Below are positions 51,148 to 63,954 of a DNA stretch of 64,000 nucleotides, piece after piece. Position 1 is the stretch's first letter, and the number at the start of each line of letters is the position of its first letter. The DNA comes from Octopus sinensis. Taxonomy: Eukaryota. The stretch is from positions 10,539,360 to 10,603,359 of the forward strand of contig NC_043019.1 in assembly GCF_006345805.1 (NCBI RefSeq), read 5' to 3'. The position numbers and the translations under genes are program-made. The notes under the pieces were generated by a model that did no database searches, was not told the DNA's origin, and saw nothing but the letters and a program-made list of their open reading frames with translations.

Positions 51148-51345
51148 GATAATAATAATGATAAATGATAATAATAATAATAATAATAATAATATAATAA
51201 TAATAATTACCATCCCGACCTATAACATACATACATATATACATACAGATTATTATTATTATCATTATTATCATCATCATCATCATCATCATCATTATTA
51301 TTATTATTAATCATCATCATCATCATCATCATCATCATTATTATC

Positions 51346-51405
<60 letters not shown>

Positions 51406-51573
51406 TTGTTATTATTTTATTAGGGAGTCATGTCAATATTGACAGCACAAAACGAAATTAATTATTATTGATAATTATAAATAATCTGCAGAAATTACTG
51501 AGTAACTCATGGGGCGAGAGTTTCGTTACACTGGCACCTCTCTCTCCCTCTCTCTCTAGCTATCTGTCTGCCT

Positions 51574-52099
51574 ATCTTCAAGTACCACTTGAAAAGGAAA
51601 GTGAGAGTAGAGAGGCAAGTTTTGTCTAGCGAATGTTTTAAAAAATGATGGCTGAATGTAGCAAGGATGGCACGTATGAATGACGAAGCCACCTTGAGCA
51701 TGATCCTATGAACCCGGAAATTGAAAACAGAGGGTTACTCACTTGCAAACAAATGTGGTAACATGTAACAATATTGACCGAGGTTACCGTGGTCTTTTCC
51801 GTAGGCTTTTCTTCCCACGGATAAACCTTATCTGCTTCCCCCTTTACACCGTACATCATGACACTGTGATACACGATCCCTATTGATCGTTTTTTTTACC
51901 TCTTCCCCTTTTTTCCTTCGTTTTCTTCCTTTTTCTTTTTTGTTTTCTTTTGTTTCTTTTCCTTTTTTTCTTTTTTCTCTTTTACGATCCCTTTTGATCG
52001 AAAACCTACGCCACGTTTTTTTTTTCATCCCCCAAAAGAAAAGCTCTACCTTGTAATTTGTCCCATCTGTGTGCAGCCCTGTGTGGCTAATAAAGAAAC
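51574..52099 (+). mobile_element. 5'-truncated L1/Tx1-like LINE (ORF2 end plus 3'UTR)
   Basis: FKYHLKRKVRVERQVLSSECFKK*WLNVARMARMNDEATLSMIL*, then a 3'UTR ending in AATAAAGAAA; clade is inferred. Confidence 0.55.
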
Positions 52100-52449
52100 T
52101 TATCTTGTGTGCATGTGTTTCTAATTTAGGCACAAGGCCATCACATCGACACCGAAATGCAGACAAGCAAGCTTTACTTCGGCGGGATTTGAACTCACGA
52201 CCTCACGACGTTATGGGCCTGAAGAAATACCACAAGCTCGAACGATTCTGCCCATCTTCCCGCACCCCATATACAGAATCAACTATTCTACCTGTTTTAG
52301 GTTCAAACTGACCAGTCCGGCATGTCACACTTACCCTACAATGTCGTGCTGAAAGTATACAATCACATTATGAAGATCTCATGGCAAAGACGGATTGCAT
52401 TTCAATAATTAGCATACAAAACTACATCAATACACAAAATTTGAAATGA

Positions 52450-53435
52450 TCTATATATATAAAGCTGAAGTTGTCTGTGTGTAGCAGGTTTGGTAGCCTT
52501 CAACTAACACTATCTCCTCCGAGATCCTGCGGCGCAAGTTGACCAAAATTGAGAGTATCATAGAAGAAGGCTTGCTCTTCCTTCCGTAGAAAAAAAAATT
52601 AAAATCGGACCATGTTAACACCAAAAATTATTTACATCAAAAAGGTGCTTTTTTTCTATGAAAATCCCTATTTTTTACGATTTTTTGACTGCTGTGTCGC
52701 CATTTCTCGATGTATTTCAACCAGAAAAATGTTCACTTAAAGAGAATAACAAGCTACATGATGCAAAATTTTTACTTTTCAAAAATTCCAATTCTAAAGG
52801 GTCGAAACAAACCCGAGCAACGCCGGGCGATACTGCTAGTATATATATAAAGCTGAAGTTTTCTGTGTATGGCAGGTTTGGTAACCTTCAACTAATACTA
52901 TCTCCTCCGAGACCCTGCGGCGCAAGTTGACCAAAATTGAGAGTATGATAGAAGAAGGCTTGCTCTTCATTCCGTAGAAGATAAAATTCAAATCGGACCA
53001 TGTTAACACCAAAAATTATTTACATCAAAAAGGTGCTTTTTTTTCTATGAAAATCCCTATTTTTTACGATTTTTTTTACTACTGTGTCGCCATTTCTCGG
53101 TGTATTTCAACCAGAAAAACGTTCACTTAAAGAGAATAACAAGCTACATAATGCAAAATTTTTACTTTTCAAAAATTCCAATTCTAAAGGGTCGAGACAA
53201 ACCCGAGCAATGCCGGGCGATACTGCTAGTATATATATAAAGCTGAAGTTGTCTGTATGGTAGGTTTGGTAGCCTTCAACTAACACAAGTTGACCAAAAT
53301 TGAGAGTATCATAGAAGAAGGCTTGCTCTTCCTTCCGTAGAAGATAATATTCAAATCGGACCATGTTTTACTTTTCAAAAATTCCAATTCTAAAGGGTCG
53401 AAACAAACCCGAGCAACGCCGGGCGATACTGCTAG
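52450..53435 (+). mobile_element. Head-to-tail trimer of a non-autonomous Helitron
   Basis: A|TC start; units 52450-52839, 52840-53229 and 53230-53435 (internally deleted), each ending in hairpin plus CTAG|T. Confidence 0.9.
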
Positions 53436-53610
53436 TTTGGAATAAAATTGAAGAAATTGAAAAGTGAAATTGAAAGCCAAACTGAAAAGATCCGCAATAT
53501 GAGTAAAAGCATTACAATTGACAGAGTAACCTGAATGGTAAGAGGGTTAAGGTGCCAAGCGGTGAGATTGAGCTAGAAACCACGTGGTTTGAAATCGCGT
53601 GCGTGCGCGT

Positions 53611-54004
53611 GTATGGATGGATGGAAGCACTCCGTCGGTTACGACGACGAGGGTTCCGGTTGATCCGATCAGCGGAACAGCCTGCTCGTGAAATTAACGT
53701 GTGAGTGGTTGAGCACTCCACAGACACGTGTACCCTTAACGTAGTTCTCGGGGAGATTCAGCGTGACACAGAGAGTGACAAGGCCGGCCCTTTGAAATAC
53801 AGGTACAACAGAAACAGGAAGTAAGAGTGAGAGAAAGTTGTGGTGAAAGAGTACAGCAGGGATCACCACCATCCCCTGCCGGAGCCTCGTGGAGCTTTAG
53901 GTGTTTTCACTCAATAAACACTCACAACGCCCGGTCTTGGAATCGAAACCGTGATCCTACGACCGCGAGTCCGCTGCCCTAACCACTGGGCCATTGCGCC
54001 TCCA
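53611..54004 (-). mobile_element. SINE S3
   Basis: Near-identical to the 41276 copy; 9-bp TSD CGTGCGCGT at 53602-53610 and 54005-54013. Confidence 0.9.
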
Positions 54005-54416
54005 CGTGCGCGTTAATAAGGATAACAACACTGAGCTATTCTGATTTTGGCGTAAAAATGTATATTGTTAGAGTTGGAGGGAGAGTGTAGAGTAAGGAGG
54101 AGGTGGAGGAGCAGATGTTGCTTTGTGGCTTGAGTGAGGAATTGGATGTAAACATACGTGTAACAGATATTAAAGTATACGTACTCCCGTGCATGCATAT
54201 ATACACACATGTATGCACACACACATTGATGTAGTTGGACGAGGTAAACATGCTGTGTATATATGAGTATGTATGATACACACTTGTATGTATATATATA
54301 TATATATATATATAATTAATCAATATAGGGTGGCAAAAAAAAAATTTGTAGAATTTTTTGCCACCAGCGGCCTAGTGGGAAAAAATTAAATAGTCATAGA
54401 CCATTTTTTAAGTTCA

Positions 54417-54585
54417 ATATCAACAATCAAGGAACGGCCATATTAGCCATTCAACCCCACTAGAAATAACAGCCAAAGCTTCAACCGCAAATAAAAATCA
54501 ATTGATTTTTATTTGCGGTTGAAGCTTTGGCTGTTATTTCTAGTGGGTGAATGGCCTATTATGGCCGTTCCTGATTGTTGATATA
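54417..54585. repeat. Spacerless palindrome (46-bp perfect inner arms, ~84-bp total arms)
   Basis: Centre caa|ttg at 54501/54502; located in an (AT)n-flanked insert at ~54315-54585. Confidence 0.92.
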
Positions 54586-54607
54586 TATATATTATATATA
54601 TATATAC

Positions 54608-54658
<51 letters not shown>

Positions 54659-54680
54659 TTATATATACCACGTGTGTGTA

Positions 54681-55064
54681 TCTCTCTCTATATATAAACG
54701 GCAGTTTGTCTGTGCGTGTTTCTTCGTGTGTCTGTTTGCTTTACCCTCACCCTGACCACGGCTTTCAACCGATTCTGATGAAACTTGAACACCACATAGC
54801 CCAATGTCATAATTCAAACTAACGCAGCGAAAATTTTGAAAAGTCCCCCTTTCTGAAAAAAATCGATAAATTCGACATGGGGTCGAGAATCAGAAAACAA
54901 ACCGCAAACTGTCTAGGGGACGCAGCTCCACCTTTTTTTACTCTCAAAAAAAATTTACCATCATTTTTTTCGCATTTTTTTGCTATTTTTTGGCTATAAC
55001 TCTCTAAAAATGCTTTATAGTTATTTCCCTTACAAACCTGAGCAATGCCGGGCGATACTGCTAG
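54681..55064 (+). mobile_element. Non-autonomous Helitron, second subfamily
   Basis: A|TC start; same 3' hairpin and CTAG|T end; different body. Confidence 0.82.
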
Positions 55065-55164
55065 TATAAATATATATGTGTATACATATCTATATATGTA
55101 TATATATATTTTTATATATATACACATGTGTGTATATATATATAAATATATATTAGTGTATACA

Positions 55165-55227
<63 letters not shown>

Positions 55228-55314
55228 ATATATATATATGGGTGGATGGATGGATGGATGGATGGATGGATGGATAGATCATAGATAGATAGATAGATAG
55301 ATAGATAGATTATA

Positions 55315-55356
<42 letters not shown>

Positions 55357-55420
55357 AGATAGATAGATAGATAGATAGAGAGAGAGATAGATGTAGATAT
55401 ATATAGATGTAGGTAAATAC

Positions 55421-55455
<35 letters not shown>

Positions 55456-55764
55456 CATACACACCGCATACCCCCCCACACACACACATACACACGTGTG
55501 TGTGTGTGTTTTGTAGAACACGTGTGAGTACGTGTGTCTGTACTCATACTCACATCTGCCTTTGAAGTACAAGCATAGCACACTCATATTCTTTCACGCA
55601 TGTTTTGCAACATACTACAGTATGCCGCCAATTGCTTGGAGATATTCCATCGTCTGCATTCTCTCGCAACACGAAAACGCCCAGCCAAACTCTCTCGTTG
55701 GTTGCTATTAATTTCCCGCCAAAATCCTACAATGCCAAAATGGTGTTGCAATAAGACCTGTACA

Positions 55765-56243
55765 TACTCTTTACTCTTTACTCTTTTACTTGTTTCAGTC
55801 ATTTGACTGCGCGGCCATGCTGGAGCACCGCCTTTTAGTCGAGCAAATCGACCCCGGGACTTATTCTTTGTAAGCCCAGTACTTATATTATCGGTCTCTT
55901 TTGCCGAACCGCTAAGTGACGGGGACGTAAACATAGCCGAAATTTGCTATGATGATTCGGTGTCTGACTGAAGATTGAAGGCTTCGAATGATTTGTCTGT
56001 GTTCCGTGTTCGTCCCTTCCTGTATTTCACGTTCATTATATATAAAAACATTCATTCTTATATATATATATACATATATACGACAGGCTTCTTTCAGTTT
56101 CCGGCTACCAAATCCACTCACAAGGCATTGGTCGGCCCGGGGCAATAGTAGAAGACACTTGCCCAAGATGCCACACAGTGGGACTGAACCCGGAACCATT
56201 TGGCTGGTTAGCAAGCTACTTACCACACAGCCACTTCTGCGCC
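55765..56243 (-). mobile_element. SINE S1 with a family-C fragment replacing part of its body
   Basis: 55934-56050 (agccgaaatttgc...gactgaagattgaaggcttcgaatg) sits next to the (AT)n tract; ~50 bp of S1 is missing. Confidence 0.82.
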
Positions 56244-56353
56244 AATATTCTGTTTGTAAATTGGTAGCTTAGAAATCAATTTATTCTTTCTGCCATCGCT
56301 GCTTTTTTATTAATATTCAAATTTTTATCTTTGACAAAAAAAAAGGGTTTTTT

Positions 56354-56764
56354 TTACTCTTTTACTTGTTTCAGTCATTTGACTGCGGCCATGCTGGAGC
56401 ACCGCCTTTTAGTCGAGCAAATCGACCCCGGGACTTATTCTTTTTGTAAGCCCATTACTTATTCTATCGGTCTCTTTTTGCCGAACCGCTAAGTGTCGGG
56501 GACGTAAACACACCAGCATTGGTTGTCAAGCAATGCTAGGGGGACAAACACAGACACACAAACACACACACACACACACACATACACACATATATACATA
56601 TATACGACAGGCTTCTTTTCAGTTTCCGTCTACCAAATCCACTCACAAGGCATTGGTCGGCCCGGGGCTATAGCAGAAGACACTCGCCCAAGATGCCACG
56701 CAGTGGGACTGAATCCTGAACCACGTGGTTGGTTAGCAAGCTACTTACCACACAGCCACTCCTG
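56354..56764 (-). mobile_element. SINE S1
   Basis: Full-length match to S1. Confidence 0.92.
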
Positions 56765-57078
56765 TGTACTTTTTGTAACAAAAGTGTATGTGTGTGTGTT
56801 AATACGATTGTCATTCTGAGTCTGTATTTTTCCCCCCCCCATACAGCTTGACAACCGGTCTCGGCGTGTTGACGTCCCCGTTACTTAACGGTTCGACCTA
56901 AGTAACCGATATAATAAGTACCAGACTTCAAAATTAGTACTGGAGTTGATTAGTTTTACTCAAATTCCTCATGGCCGCGGTCTGATGACCGAAACAAAAG
57001 AATGAAAGAATATATATATATATAAACACACACACACACACACACGCATGCATGCACGCACACACGCACACACACACA

Positions 57079-57115
<37 letters not shown>

Positions 57116-57117
<2 letters not shown>

Positions 57118-57265
57118 GGTGCAGGAGTGGCTGTGTGGTAAGAAGCTTGCTCCCCGACCACATGGTTCCAGGTTCAGTCCCACTGCGTGGCACCTTGGGC
57201 AAGTGTCTGCTACTATAGCCTCGGGCCGACTAAAGCCTTATGAGTGGATTTGGTAGACGGAAAGT
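57116..57265 (+). mobile_element. SINE S1, 5' half
   Basis: Head and CORE-like region only. Confidence 0.85.
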
Positions 57266-58235
57266 GGAAGCACCCTCAGTCACAATTAGTGACTTTTAAA
57301 ATTCACTTTTACCTCTGAAAATATTAGCAATTCTTCCTTTTTTTTTTTTTTCACCGAAAATGCTCCCTTCCCATGGTTTTGCAGTGCAAAAAAAATTAGT
57401 CAAAGTAGGTCCGAAATGGGATGATGAGGGAGGGGTGGTAAAAAAAAAGAGTTTTCAAAACTTTTTTCATACAAAGTTATCCCCTAGCCCCATCATTTCG
57501 AAGACTGAGGCTTAAAAACGTAGGGGAACTTCCCGATAATATTCTCCCCACAAACTTCTTTATAATCGTAATCTATGTCGTTTGAAAGGGATTTGTATAA
57601 ATTTTCATTAAAAGATATCCATTTTCCTGAAAGTTATGAGGGGAAAAAGTCAGATCGTGTGAAGTTTTTGAAACTCCTCTATCCACCCCCCTCGCAAAAG
57701 TTCTTTCCTATAAATCCCTATATAATCTGAAGCCACAACATCTAAGTGGTATATGTAGAAAATTTTGTTAAAAAGTATCCATTTTTCTGGATGTCATGAG
57801 GCAACAAAGTCGGGGGCGTATATATCTGTAGTAATGCCCTTTAATTTATACGATTTTTTTACATTTCATGTTTATTTCATTCATTGTTTGCAATGTTCTC
57901 TCACACACACAGCAAATCTCATAGATGGGCTGTGAACTGAAACCTCTATGTTGCTTTGAGGGGAAGGTAAAACTTGACAAACTGCCTCTCCTTCTGTTGT
58001 TGGACTACCATGATGTTTGTTTAAAAAATTATTATGACTGTGATAAAATAATGAAAGCAATATTTACTAAGCAAGTGAGCACCATTATACAAAGAAATAA
58101 TTAGACGTATAATATTAAAATTATTAGAATTGGGAATCAAATGGGAAATAAATGTTAATTTAAGGTTGTTTTTAAAGCAAGTTGTAGAATAACAACATTT
58201 AATATGTATGCGTGTATACATATATATGTAATGTA

Positions 58236-58737
58236 CCGTAAATCCTCGAGTATAGTCCGTCCTTGAGTATAATACGCAGGGGATTTTTAGGGGGTTGTAC
58301 CTCTGAAAAAACTAAACCTTGTGTATAATACGCACCCCTTCTCTAACTTGAGTCAAGGAGGTTTTTATAACGTCCTTGGTTTGTAAAAATGTATACGGTA
58401 ACGTCCTTTATTATTATTGTATATATAACATAATGCAAACGTGTAGCTTTTTTGTGCATTTTGTTTGCAGAAAATAAAGAAATAACAGTAATAACGTTTA
58501 ATAAATGTTGCTTATTGCAAGTTATGGATGATTCTTTTATGACTTCATTGCTTTCAGGCTTAGCTTAAGGTATTTTCGCGCCTGACATCACAAAATGCGT
58601 CTGAATAAACATTGCCGGACAGCAAATAGAGACTTGGACATTGCTTAGAAAATATTTTTCATTTTTAACTTCGTATATAGAGATTTTGACCTTTAAATTT
58701 TTGGGGAAAAGTGCGGATTATACTCGAGGGTTTGCAG
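58236..58737. mobile_element. Tc1/pogo (Tc2-like) MITE
   Basis: TA|ccgtaaatcctcgagtatagtccg ... cggattatactcgagggtttgcag|TA. Confidence 0.8.
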
Positions 58738-58775
58738 TATTTATATATCTGCGGTCTGTGTGTATGTATAATATA

Positions 58776-58845
<70 letters not shown>

Positions 58846-59519
58846 TGCGCCCTCAAAGTAAGATACATTAAAAGCGAGGGCTATTTACTTTGCTCCCTGT
58901 AGCGTTAAAACTGATAAAAGACGATTTGTCGATTATAATTGTCGTGTTTGTGTACAAACAGAAAGAGCGACAGAAACAACTTTGCTTGACAGACTTTAAA
59001 ACTAACAAAGTTGCTCTTGCGTTTTAATGAACATGACAAATAAACATCAAATAAAATCTTAACACGTTTTCTGTATTTATATATAAACAGGAATCTTGTT
59101 TATTTGTCTACCTGTAGGTTAGCTTTTTCGTAAATATGAAGTTGCTCACGTTCTTTTTCTTTTTATTAACACTGTGGCTGTGTGTGAGTTCACACACACA
59201 CATACACACGCGATATACCTGTCTGTTTTTCTGTGTGTGTGTATGTGTACAAAGATGTTTATTATGTATACTGCTGTGTATCTGATTAGATAAGAGTGTG
59301 CACGTTCTGACGTACAGTGTACTATATATAGGGTCTTGTGTATGTGTGTGTGTGTGTGTGTACAGAAAGCGAGATAAAGCTAATTCAAGTCTGCGTGTTC
59401 GAATATATATATATATATACATATATATGTGTGTGTATATATATATTATATAATATATAAATATATGCATATATACATACATATATTGTACATACATACA
59501 TATATATGTATATATACAC

Positions 59520-59992
59520 GCATATATGGGTACAGGACATAAAAAAAAAACGTTGAACACAATGAGAAACGAAAACATAAAAACAAAAACATGGAAAACG
59601 AACTTTTTTTTCGAATAACGAAAAAAAACAGAGAAACGAGACATGCAACATAAAGAATATTCCCCTTCATCAGTTGTCCCTGTTTCACCTATTCCGCGTT
59701 ACGAAGGTAAGGACAATACGCGACTCCTTTGAAACAATCCTTCCCGCAAAGCAACTTAAATAAAATTAGGAATTTTTTGCGGAAGGTGAAAGTGGTAACA
59801 AGAACAGGACAGTGAGAACAAAACAGTAAAAACAAACGGTGAGGGCTGTTAAGTCGAGACGATAGAAAAATTATTATGAACGCTAGGAGGACGAGCTATG
59901 AGAGGACACAGGTATGAGCACCTCTTGTCTTTAGGAAGGAAATGGACAGATAGATAACTTCCCTTTCGTCACGTGTCAGCGACGAGAGAGCC
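59520..59992 (-). mobile_element. Probable PLE-like remnant between (AT)n tracts
   Basis: End gtcctgtacccatatatgcg (minus) resembles 115-140; same T-rich terminal architecture as families A-C. Confidence 0.4.
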
Positions 59993-60002
59993 TATATATA
60001 TA

Positions 60003-60199
60003 TATTTCTTTACTGCCCACAAGGGGCTAAACATAGAGGGGACAAACAAGGACAGACGAAGGGATTGAGTCGATTATATCGCCCCCAGTGCGATGAAAGG
60101 ATGAAAGGCAAAGTTGACTTCGACGGAATTTGAACTCAGAACGTAACGACAGACGAAATACCGCTAAGCATTTCGCCCGGCGTGCTAACGTGTCTGCCA
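60003..60199 (-). mobile_element. SINE S2 with internal deletion
   Basis: Tail-to-head match to S2. Confidence 0.8.
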
Positions 60200-60487
60200 G
60201 GCGCAATGGCCCAGTGGTTAAGGCAGCGGATTCGCGGTCATAGGATCGCAGTTTCGTTGTGAGTGCTTATTAAACGAAAAAACTGGCTCCGGCAGGGAGT
60301 TGGGTGGCGAACCCTGTTGTACTCACTCTTTCTTTCTATTTCCGTTGTACCTGTATTTCAAAGGGCCAGCCTTGTCACGCTCTGTGGCATGGTGAATCTC
60401 CTCGTTAAGGGTACACGTGTGGAGTACTCAGACTGTTCCGTTGATTGGATCAACTAGAACACTCGTCGTCGTAACCGATGGAGCGCC
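60200..60487 (+). mobile_element. Degenerate SINE S3
   Basis: ggcgcaatggcccagtggtta...tcgtcgtcgtaaccgatggagcg with several deletions. Confidence 0.8.
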
Positions 60488-60499
60488 TTAGTACATATA

Positions 60500-60891
60500 T
60501 ATATATATATCTTAAGTTGTGTGTCTGTCTCCTACGATTTAGATTCCTAACTACTCCCACATTTTGCGGTGCAGTTTAACCAAATTCGGGTATCTTATAG
60601 TCGTGATTCATATCGAGACCTTCTGGGTATTAGCGCGCGTCTACGATGATTCTACGATTTAAAAAAAAATTTACCATCAATTTTTCACATTTTTAATGCA
60701 TTTTCGCTCGGTTTATATAAGGGAAGTAACTCTCTAAAATGTATTATTAAATCTCAGAACGTAAAAAGCTACAGTAACCCCCCCCCTTTGTGGTTAGCCA
60801 TATTGAGATGACTATTATACTTTACATCTCTAAAAATGCTTATATAGTTATTTCCCTTACAAACCCGAGCAACGCCGGGCGATACTGCTAG
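60500..60891 (+). mobile_element. Non-autonomous Helitron, third subfamily
   Basis: Shared 3' end atagttatttcccttacaaacccgagcaacgccgggcgatactgCTAG|T; 5' end obscured by (AT)n. Confidence 0.78.
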
Positions 60892-60947
60892 TATATATAT
60901 GTATATATATATATATATCTGTCAGTCTATCTGTCTGTCCCTTTCTT

Positions 60948-61003
<56 letters not shown>

Positions 61004-61334
61004 ATATATATACATGGATGTTTTTGTGTGTGTAGAAACACGTGAGACACAATCTATAATACAGCCTTGTAATATTTAATACACGCGCGCGCACACGCAC
61101 ACTCATATTTCCTTTCCCGAAGTAAATTGTTTACTCAGACAAACACCCACACACACACATAGTACACCAGAGCAAAGGAGTGGTGATACCTCCTTCCCAC
61201 CCAACCACCACCCTCTCATTCTCTCTCTCGTGCGCGCGTGCGTATAAATTTTACTTATTACTTATTTTAGTCATTGGACTGCGGCCATGCTGGAGCACGC
61301 CCTGAAAAGTTTAGTCCACTACTATTTATTTGAA

Positions 61335-62280
61335 CTCTCTTTACTCTTTTGCTCTTTTACTTGTTTCAGTTATTTGACTGCGGCCATGCTGGAGCACCGC
61401 CTTTAGTCGAGCAAATCGATGCCCGGACTTATTCTTTTGTAAGCCCACGTTACTTTTCTATCGGTCTCTTTTTGCCGAACCGCTAAGTGACGGGGACGTA
61501 ACAACAGCATCGGTTTTGTCAGCAATGCTAGGGGGACAACACAGACACACAAACATTACACCACATATATATATATATAAATATATATATACATATATAC
61601 GACAGGCTTCTTTCAGTTTCAGTCTACCAACATCCCCTCCAAGGCTTTGGTTGGCCCGAGGCTATAGCAGAAGACACTTGCCCAAGATGCCACGCAGTGG
61701 TACTGAACCCGGAACCATGTTGTTGGTAAGCAAGCTACTTACCACACAGCCACTCCTGCACCTATATATATATATATACGACAGGCTTCTTTCAGTTTCA
61801 GTCTACCAAATCCACTCACAAGGCATTGGTCGGTCCCCTAGGCTATAGTAAAAGCACTGTGCCCAAGATGCCACGCAGTGGGACTGAACCCGGAACCATG
61901 TCGTTGGTAAGCAAGCTACTTACCACACAGCCACTCCTGCACCTATATATATATATATATATATATATATACGACAGGCTTCTTTCAGTTTCCGTCTACC
62001 AAATCCACTCACAAGGTTTTGGTTGACCCAAGGCTATAGCAGAAGACACTTGCCCAAGGTGCCACGCAGTGGGACTGAACCCGGAACCATGTGGTTGGTA
62101 AGCAATCTACTTACCACACAGCCACTCCTGCACCTATGCATGTTTTTTGTTTGTTTTGGAAGTCTGGGACTCCCAAACCCACTCCCAAGGTTTTGGTTGG
62201 CCCAAGGCTATAGCAGAAGACACTTGCCCAAGATGCCACGCAGTGGGACTGAACCTGGAATCATGTGGTTGGGAAGACAT
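61335..62280 (-). mobile_element. SINE S1 followed by three tandem copies of its 5' half
   Basis: Head halves at ~61599-61763, 61778-61944, 61971-62135 and 62160-62280; the first three start at (AT)n tracts. Confidence 0.88.
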
Positions 62281-62575
62281 CACCAGCAAATTAATCCCCA
62301 CTGCTGGCAGTTGGAAGAAAGTTCAGATTTCATGTAAAGGAAAGCAATGGGCTGTTGGTAACATGTAAGATGAACAGCTAATTGATTTAAAGTTTGCCAG
62401 ATGTGTTTACATTTATCTTCATTCCAGAGCAAGGCTTTAAGCTGCAGGTTTAACTACATTAAATTTATCTTATAGATTCTAATGTACCATGCCTTGTGCT
62501 TTATCTGTGTGTGTTGGTAAGCAAGCTACTTACCACACAGCCACTCCTGCGCCTGTGTTTGTATATTTTATAATT

Positions 62576-62982
62576 CTTTTACTTGTTTCAGTCATTGGAC
62601 TGCGGCCATGCTGGAGCACCGCCTTTAATCGAGCAACTCGACCCCGGGACTTATTCTTTTGTAAGCCCAGTACTTATTCTATCGGTCTCTTTTGCCGAAC
62701 CGCTAAGTAACGGGGACATAAACACACCAGCATCGGTTGTCAAGCAATGCTAGGGGGACAAACAGACACACAAACAAACAAACACACACACGCATATATA
62801 TATATATATACATAGATACGACGGGCTTCTTTCAGCTTCCGTCTACCAAATCCACTCACAAGGCATTGGTTGGCCCGGGGCTATAGCAGAAGACACTTGC
62901 CCAAGATGCCACTCAGTGGGACTGAACCCAGAACCATATGGTTGGTAAGCAAGCTACTTACCACACAGCCACTCCTGCGCCT
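62576..62982 (-). mobile_element. SINE S1 within a 428-bp-period duplication
   Basis: 62513-62610 repeats at 62941-63038, including the unique linker tgtgtttgtatattttataatt. Confidence 0.85.
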
Positions 62983-63225
62983 GTGTTTGTATATTTTATA
63001 ATTCTTTTACTTGTTTCAGTCATTGGACTGCAGCCATGCGGGGCACCGCCTTGAAGGGTTTTACTCGAAGAAATCAACACCAGGACTTATTCTTTGTAAG
63101 CCTTGTACTTAGTCAATCGCTCTCTTTTGCTGAACCACTAAGTTACGGGGACTTAAACACACCAGCATTGGTTGTCAAGCGATGGTGGGTGAACAAACGC
63201 AGACACACACATACATGCACATACA

Positions 63226-63261
<36 letters not shown>

Positions 63262-63332
63262 TATTTAAACATCTGTTTCTCTCCATATGTATATATATAT
63301 ATTTATATAAGTACTCACATACAAATACGTCT

Positions 63333-63500
63333 ATCATCATCGTTTAACGTCCGCTTTCCATGCTAGCATGGGTTGGACGATTTTGACTGACGGCTGACGA
63401 GCCAGATGGCTGCACCAGGCTCCAATCTTGATCTGGCAGAGTTTCTACAGCTGGATGCCCTCCCTAACGCCAACCACTCCGAGAGTGTAGTGGGTGCTTT
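63333..63500 (-). mobile_element. (GAT)n-tailed retroelement fragment
   Basis: Reverse-complement homologue of 16080-16244. Confidence 0.75.
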
Positions 63501-63600
<100 letters not shown>

Positions 63601-63603
63601 TAT

Positions 63604-63954
63604 ACTCTTTACTCTTTTATTTGTTTTCAGTCATTTGACTGCGGCCATGCTGGAGCACCGCCTTTAGTCGAGCAAATCGATCCCGGGACTTATTCTATCG
63701 GTCTCTTTTTGCCGAAGCATCAGTTGTCAAGCAATGCTAGGGGGACAAACACAGATACACAAACACACACATACATATATATACATATATACGACAGGCT
63801 TCTTTCAGTTTCCGTCTACCAAATCCACTCACAAGGCATTGGTCGGCCCGGGGCTATAGCAGAAGACACTTGCCCAAGATGCCATGTAGTGGGATTGAAC
63901 CCGGAACCATGTGGTTGGTAAGCAAGCTACTTACCACACAGCCACTCCTGTGCC
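63604..63954 (-). mobile_element. SINE S1 with two internal deletions
   Basis: Head and tail match S1. Confidence 0.88.

Noticed and set aside
51743-51860. Minus-strand exon with a CAA|GTGAGT donor
   Set aside because: It lies antisense within a LINE 3' region.
57270-57840. Helentron/DINE-like element
   Set aside because: Composition is suggestive but no clear termini were identified.
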